Assembly (NCBI RefSeq): GCF_016717175.1
Contig: NZ_JADKFZ010000003.1
Direction: 5' to 3' (one strand)
Source of the DNA: Nannocystis sp.
Lineage (GTDB): Bacteria; Myxococcota_A; Polyangia; Nannocystales; Nannocystaceae
DNA: 64,000 bases
Each line of letters starts with the position of its first letter. The first letter of the stretch is position 1. The translations under genes were made by a program, and so were the position numbers. The notes under the pieces are model-generated. The model saw nothing but the letters and a program-made list of their open reading frames with translations, searched no databases and was not told the origin of the DNA. Positions 59,167 to 64,000 of the stretch are shown piece after piece.

Positions 59167-61671
59167 ATGAATGGTTGGCGATTGGGTTGGCGTATCGGTG
59201 GGATGTTCGTGCTCGGGGCGGCGCTGGCGGGCTGTGGCGACGACGGGTCGGGCAGCGGCGGATCGGGCAGTGACAGCAACACAGGGACCGGCGGGCTGGC
59301 GAGCACCAGTGCTGCGAGTGAGCCGACGACCAGCGGCTCACCGCCGACCAGCGGCGGGTCGACGAGCACGGGCGGCAGCGTCAGCGACAGCATCTCGACC
59401 ACGGGCGGCCCGAGCGACCCGACGCTGACCACCGGCGGCTCGCTCACCGAAGTCACCGTCAGCGCCAGCGACACCAGCACGAGCGATCCAGGCGGCAGCA
59501 GCACCGGCGGCGCCGATCTGTGCGAGGGCGGCACGCTCTGCGGGCAGGTGGCGATGTGCTGTCCCGCGGGCAACGAGTGCGTCGACGACAAGTGCCTGCC
59601 CGCGTGCGCGAGTGAGGTCCGCTGCGGCCCCGACCTCGCCGTCTGCTGCGACGACGGCGAGGTGTGCTCGGGCGACCTCTGCGTGCTGCCGGGCAAGGAC
59701 TGCGTCGACTCCTACGACTGCGAGCCCGGCGAGTACTGCGAGCAGACCCTGAACAAGTGCCTGCCGCAGCCCGACCCGCTGACCTGCGAGCTGATCCCGA
59801 GCTTCGACATGATCACCGCGGTGCCCGAGTGGTCGTGGATCGATCAGGAGGTCATCTCGAGCCCGGCGGTCGCCGACCTCGACGCCGACGGCACCCCCGA
59901 GGTCGTCGTCAACGTGACCAAGTACAAGGTCAACGACTTCACGATCGGCGCCGTCGCCGTGCTCGACGGCAAGACCGGCGCGCTCAAGTTCATCATCGAC
60001 CACGACCCCAACAAGCAGCAGTACGGCTCGCAGGGCCGCAGCACCCTCGCGGTCGGCGACGTCAGCGGCGACGCGCTGCCCGACATCGTCTACGCCGGCC
60101 GTGAGAGCGGCGGCAAGAGCCCGCTGCACGCCGTCGATCACACCGGCAAGTGGCTGTGGACCGCGCACAATGCCAACAACCAGGCCGTCACCACCGGCGT
60201 CGCCAACGGCGGCGCCACGCTGGCCAACTTCGACGGTGACCTGCAGGCCGAGGTCGTGTTCGGCGCCAGCCTGATCGATCACGACGGCCTCGTCGTGTGG
60301 AACCTGAACAACAACGGCGGGTTGGTCGGGGCGCCAGGCGGCTACCCTGGCGGGCTGTCGTCGGTCGCCGATCTCGACGGCGACGGCAAGCCGGAGATCG
60401 TCAGCGGCAAGCAGGCGTGGAAGGTCGACTGGACCCCGGGCAACCCGCCGGTCGTCAAGGTGACCGAGCTCTGGAACAACCTCGACGGCACCGACGGCTG
60501 GCCGGCGATCGCCGATCTCGACGGCAACAGCACGCCGGAGGTCATCCTCGCGGCCAGCGGCAAGGTGCGGGTGCTCGACGGCAAGACCGGCAAGCTGTGG
60601 TGCGGCGTCGATCCCAGCGGCGTGATGTGTGACAACAACAACGCCCTGCGCACCCAGCCGCTGACGATCCCCGGCGGCGGCCTCGGGGGTCCGCCGACGA
60701 TCGCCGACTTCGACGGCGACGGGAAGCCGGAGCTGGCGATCGCCGCGGCCGCGGCCTACACGGTCTTCGATCTCAACCGCATGGGCGAGGAGATCGTCAA
60801 GCCGAACGCCGACCCGGTGCCCAAGGCCGGCGCCATCTTCCGCCGCTGGTCGCAGGTGACGCAGGACCAGTCCTCCAACGTGACAGGGTCGTCCGTGTTC
60901 GACTTCCAGGGCGACGGCGCGGCCGAGGTCACCTACAACGACGAGTGCTACTCGCGCGTGTACTCCGGCAGCGACGGCAAGGTGTTGCTGCAGATCGAGA
61001 ACTCGAGCTCGACGATCCACGAGTACCCGCTGGTGGTCGACGCCGACGCCGACGGCAACTCGGAGATCCTCATCGTCGCCAACCTCGTCGGGTCCTGCAC
61101 CGCGCCGGGCTACAAGGCGCGCAAGGGCGTGTTCCTCTACGGCGACAAGGGCGACGGCTGGGTCCCGACGCGTCGGGTGTGGACGCAGCACACCTACCAC
61201 GTCAGCAACGCCGGCTCGGACGGCAACGTGCCTGACGTCGAGGTCGACAACTGGGGCGTCAAGGGCCTCAACAACTACCGCCAGAACGTCCAGGGCGAGG
61301 GCGTGTTCAACGCCCCCGACCTCACCGTGCAGCTGGCGATCGGGCTCGTGAACTGTCCGGCCGAGCTCGAGCTCATCGCCACCGTGCGCAACGAGGGCGC
61401 CCTCGGCGTGCCCGCGGGCGTCGACGTCGACTTCTACGCCGGCACCGACGCGACCGGCATGCTGCTCGGCTCCGCCGTCACCGCCAAGGCGCTGCTGCCC
61501 GGCGGATCGACCAAGGTCAAGCTGCTGGTCCCGGCGCCTGCCGAGGGCCAGACGCAGGACTATTACGTCGAGGTCGACAAGGCGAGCGAGGGCGACGGCG
61601 CGATCCTCGAGTGCAACGAGGACAACAACGGCGGCCAGACCACCATGGCCGCGTGCCCCAAGCCCGGGTGA
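59167..61671 (+). CDS. Large FG-GAP/VCBS-repeat lipoprotein with a Cys-rich EGF-like N-terminal region
   Basis: It has a lipobox (FVLGAALAGCGDDG), an S/T/G linker, Cys-rich motifs (CxxGxxCxxxxCC) and multiple FG-GAP-like DxDGDGxxE repeats. It is an uninterrupted 834-aa ORF. Confidence 0.8.
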   Translation: MNGWRLGWRIGGMFVLGAALAGCGDDGSGSGGSGSDSNTGTGGLASTSAASEPTTSGSPPTSGGSTSTGGSVSDSISTTGGPSDPTLTTGGSLTEVTVSASDTSTSDPGGSSTGGADLCEGGTLCGQVAMCCPAGNECVDDKCLPACASEVRCGPDLAVCCDDGEVCSGDLCVLPGKDCVDSYDCEPGEYCEQTLNKCLPQPDPLTCELIPSFDMITAVPEWSWIDQEVISSPAVADLDADGTPEVVVNVTKYKVNDFTIGAVAVLDGKTGALKFIIDHDPNKQQYGSQGRSTLAVGDVSGDALPDIVYAGRESGGKSPLHAVDHTGKWLWTAHNANNQAVTTGVANGGATLANFDGDLQAEVVFGASLIDHDGLVVWNLNNNGGLVGAPGGYPGGLSSVADLDGDGKPEIVSGKQAWKVDWTPGNPPVVKVTELWNNLDGTDGWPAIADLDGNSTPEVILAASGKVRVLDGKTGKLWCGVDPSGVMCDNNNALRTQPLTIPGGGLGGPPTIADFDGDGKPELAIAAAAAYTVFDLNRMGEEIVKPNADPVPKAGAIFRRWSQVTQDQSSNVTGSSVFDFQGDGAAEVTYNDECYSRVYSGSDGKVLLQIENSSSTIHEYPLVVDADADGNSEILIVANLVGSCTAPGYKARKGVFLYGDKGDGWVPTRRVWTQHTYHVSNAGSDGNVPDVEVDNWGVKGLNNYRQNVQGEGVFNAPDLTVQLAIGLVNCPAELELIATVRNEGALGVPAGVDVDFYAGTDATGMLLGSAVTAKALLPGGSTKVKLLVPAPAEGQTQDYYVEVDKASEGDGAILECNEDNNGGQTTMAACPKPG

Positions 61672-61677
61672 TCGATC

Positions 61678-62430
61678 CTAGGCGCGCCGGAGCTCGAGCA
61701 TGAACAGCTCCTGCAGCGGCGGGCGGCGCTCGCCGTGGACCGCGGGGTCGTCGAGGCTGGACGGCACCGCCGCGATCTCGACGCGGCTGGTGAAGCCGCG
61801 GGCCTCGATCGCGTGCACCGCGACCTGCAGGTGCGGTCGACCCGGATCGGCGAGCAGCACCCGTGTGTTGGGCCCGCACAGCGCGTCCAGGGCCGGGCCG
61901 AGCGCGCCCGCCAGCTCGGCCTCGTAGAGCAGGTCGCTGCCGATCACGAGGTCGAGGGCCCCGAGCTGCTCGCGCATGGCCGCGAGCTCGGCCGGCGCGC
62001 GCCAGTCGAGCGCCCGGTACTCGATCGCCACCCCGTTGAGCGCCGCGTTGCCGGCGAGGAAGCCGGGCACGTCGGGGTGGCAGTCGCTGGCGATCACCCG
62101 CGCACCGAGCCGCGCCGCGACCAGCGCGGGCAGCCCGAGTCCGCAGCCGAGCTCGAGCACGACCTGTCCCGTGAGACAGCCCGGGCGATCCGCCGCCAGC
62201 GTCGCCAGCCAGCGCGCGAGCCCGCGGCCCGATGGCCACAGCGTCCCGAAGTAGGGTGTGAGCCGCAGGATCTCCGCCGCGTCCACGCCGCGCTGACCGA
62301 GCGCCACGAGGTCGTCGAGCGCCTCGTCGATGCTGGCGATGATGTCGAGCGTCAGCGTCAGCGCCCCGACCTGCTCGCAGATCCGCCGCAGGCGATAGGC
62401 CACGCGGGCGCCCTGCAACGACCCGCTCAC
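61678..62430 (-). CDS. Class I SAM-dependent methyltransferase (Methyltransf_16/lysine-MTase-like)
   Basis: It has motif I (VLELGCGLGLPALVAARLGARVIASD) and post-I (DLVIGSDLLYE). The GTG start at 62430 overlaps the upstream gene's stop (GTGA). Confidence 0.7.
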   Translation of the reverse strand: MSGSLQGARVAYRLRRICEQVGALTLTLDIIASIDEALDDLVALGQRGVDAAEILRLTPYFGTLWPSGRGLARWLATLAADRPGCLTGQVVLELGCGLGLPALVAARLGARVIASDCHPDVPGFLAGNAALNGVAIEYRALDWRAPAELAAMREQLGALDLVIGSDLLYEAELAGALGPALDALCGPNTRVLLADPGRPHLQVAVHAIEARGFTSRVEIAAVPSSLDDPAVHGERRPPLQELFMLELRRA

Positions 62431-63476
62431 GTCGCGCCCGTGTCCAGCGTGAGCACGACCTTGCCGAACTGCTCGCGGCGATCGAGGTAGCGCTGGGCCT
62501 CCGCCGCCTCGGCCAGCGGGAAGCAGCGGTCGACCACCGGACGCAGCGCGCCGCGGGCCATGAGCAGGACGATGCGGTGCAGATGCGCCTTGCTGCCCAT
62601 GGTGCTGCCGAGCACCTGCAGCTGGCGGAAGAACACCTGGCGAAGGTCGGTCACCGCCGCGTGGCCCGAGCTCGCGCCGCAGGTGACGATCGTTCCGCCG
62701 CGTCGGGCCAGGCGCAGGCTCGCCTCCCAGGTGGCCGCGCCAGTGTGCTCGAACACCACGTCGACGCCGCGCTTGCCGACCGGCGCCAGCGCGCGCACCT
62801 GCTTCTCCCAGTCGGGCGCGTCGCTGCGGACCGTGAACTCTGCCCCGAGCTCGCGGGCCCGCGCCAGCTTGGCCTCGCTGCTGGCCAGGGCGATGACGCG
62901 GGCGCCGTGCAGCCGCGCGATCTGCAGCCCGGCCACGCCGACGCCGCTGCCGACCGCGTGGATCAGCACCAGCTGGCCCGGTCCGACCTGGGCGCGCACG
63001 GTCAGCATCTGCCACGCGGTCAGGAAGGTGAGGGGCGCGGCGGCGGCGGTGATCGTGTCGAGGCACTCGGGCCTGGCCAGCAGGTTCGCCGCCGGCACCA
63101 GGACCCGCTCCGCGTAGCCGCCCGGCGCCGTCTCGCCGAGGATCCGGTACTGCGGGCACAGGTTGTCCCAGCCCGAGAGGCACGCCTCACATGTCCCGCA
63201 GGACAGGCCCGGATTGACGAGCACGGCGCGCCCGAGCCAGGCCGCGTCGACCCCGGCGCCGAGCGATTCGACCACCCCGGCGATGTCGCTGCCCAGCACG
63301 TGCGGCAACGGCAGCCTGCTGCCCGGTAGCCCGTTGCGGACCCACAGGTCGAGCCGGTTGAGCGCGCAGGCGTGCACGCGGACGACCACCTGGCCGGGGC
63401 CGGCGACCGGGTCAGGGAGCTCGGTGAGGACCAGTTGCTCCGGTCCGCCGTGGGCGTGGAAGACGACGGCGCGCAT
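62427..63476 (-). CDS. Zinc-binding alcohol dehydrogenase / medium-chain dehydrogenase-reductase family oxidoreductase
   Basis: It has a GroES-like N-domain with a Cys/His Zn site (…GSDIAGVV…CGTCEAC…) and a Rossmann GxGxxG (AVGSGVGVAGLQIA). Confidence 0.85.
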   Translation of the reverse strand: MRAVVFHAHGGPEQLVLTELPDPVAGPGQVVVRVHACALNRLDLWVRNGLPGSRLPLPHVLGSDIAGVVESLGAGVDAAWLGRAVLVNPGLSCGTCEACLSGWDNLCPQYRILGETAPGGYAERVLVPAANLLARPECLDTITAAAAPLTFLTAWQMLTVRAQVGPGQLVLIHAVGSGVGVAGLQIARLHGARVIALASSEAKLARARELGAEFTVRSDAPDWEKQVRALAPVGKRGVDVVFEHTGAATWEASLRLARRGGTIVTCGASSGHAAVTDLRQVFFRQLQVLGSTMGSKAHLHRIVLLMARGALRPVVDRCFPLAEAAEAQRYLDRREQFGKVVLTLDTGAT

Positions 63477-63480
63477 GGCT

Positions 63481-64000
63481 TCAGGACGGGCTTTGGGACG
63501 GGCTTTGGGACGGGCTTTGGGACGGGCTTTGGGACGGGCTGTTGGCGGCGGCGAAGTTGAGCGCCGCGAAGTCGCGGACGAGGTCGTTGTACTCGCGGAC
63601 GGCCTCGCCGATGTCGCCGGCGCGGGCCTTGTTGTCCTGCAGGCCCGCGCGCAGGGCGTCGGCGGAGCTGCGGTATTCCCCGAGGCTGGCGACGAACTGG
63701 CTCATCCAGAACACCTTCGCCGCGGCGGCCGGGTCGGCGTCGTGGACCGCCATGAACGCCTTGTGGGCCTGCTCGAAGGGCGTGTAGAGCCCCGCGCAGA
63801 TCTTGGCCGTGATCTCGTCGTGGTCGCCGAGGCAGCGCACGTAGGGCCGGGCCGCGCGCATCATGTCGCGCGCGTGCCACTCGAGGCCTTTTCCGCTGCG
63901 GCGTTCGACCTCGGCCAGCACCTGCTCGTCGACGCTGGCCTGCTGGCGGTCGATCTCGCGGTCGAGCTGCTGGCGCGCGTCATCCCAGCGGGTGAAGGCC
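63481..64000 (-). CDS. Hypothetical protein, partial (continues past the window end), with a C-terminal (SPSQ)n tail
   Basis: The frame is open from the window edge (…AFTRWDDARQQLDREIDRQQASVDEQVLAEVERRSGKGLEWHARDMM…). The track's M at 63921 is a GTG. The last 60 nt are a perfect 12-nt tandem repeat (GGCTTTGGGACG ×5) encoding SPSQSPSQ…. Confidence 0.5.
   Translation of the reverse strand, partial: AFTRWDDARQQLDREIDRQQASVDEQVLAEVERRSGKGLEWHARDMMRAARPYVRCLGDHDEITAKICAGLYTPFEQAHKAFMAVHDADPAAAAKVFWMSQFVASLGEYRSSADALRAGLQDNKARAGDIGEAVREYNDLVRDFAALNFAAANSPSQSPSQSPSQSPSQSPS

Noticed and set aside
57329-61200. Long minus-strand ORFs (57329..59341-, 59338..61200-) opposite the OmpA and FG-GAP genes
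   Set aside because: They are antisense artefacts. The plus-strand frames carry an OmpA domain, MYXO-CTERM and FG-GAP repeats.

Overview
This is a 64 kb, ~70% GC, densely coding segment that looks like a Myxococcota chromosome. The evidence is a MYXO-CTERM tail on an OmpA-domain protein (57464-58897), many lipoproteins with Ser/Thr/Gly-rich linkers and Cys-rich domains, a large Ser/Thr kinase fused to TPR repeats, FG-GAP/ASPIC and thrombospondin-type-3 repeat proteins, and the high GC3. Housekeeping genes are aspartokinase (partial), a Cys/Met-metabolism PLP enzyme, lhr, murG-like, gcvP, moeA, rluA-family, tatA, thrC, tyrS, zapA, prfA and queF, plus an nsrR–truncated-globin–reductase module. 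These are interspersed with lineage-specific envelope and secreted proteins. I saw no rRNA, tRNA, CRISPR array, transposase or integrase.

The most unusual locus is a DUF4157 toxin-like gene (14693-16282, minus). Its N-terminal half has the HExxH motif at genome-typical GC. Its ~370-aa C-terminal domain is uncharacterised and its GC drops to about 55-63%. It has no adjacent immunity gene and sits directly downstream of a thrombospondin-type-3 repeat lipoprotein.

Other points are a cluster of three consecutive frameshift-disrupted genes (a B12-binding radical SAM with at least 5 shifts, a MORN/YwqK-like gene with 1, an LRR gene with 2). The radical SAM gene overlaps a small repeat-peptide lipoprotein in an ATGTCTGA junction, a RiPP-like layout. 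There are several tandem DNA repeats: a 14-bp ×6 repeat in the aspartokinase leader, a triplicated gene 3' end, a ~76-bp ×2 intergenic repeat, and several in-frame 12- or 21-nt coding repeats. There is also a pirin with a Tat signal and lipobox, a DUF4331 split into two lipoprotein genes, and an adjacent UPF0158–DUF429 pair.

Most ORFs in the six-frame track are antisense high-GC artefacts and are not reported as genes. Coordinates are anchored to the ORF track where possible and may be off by 1 nt elsewhere.
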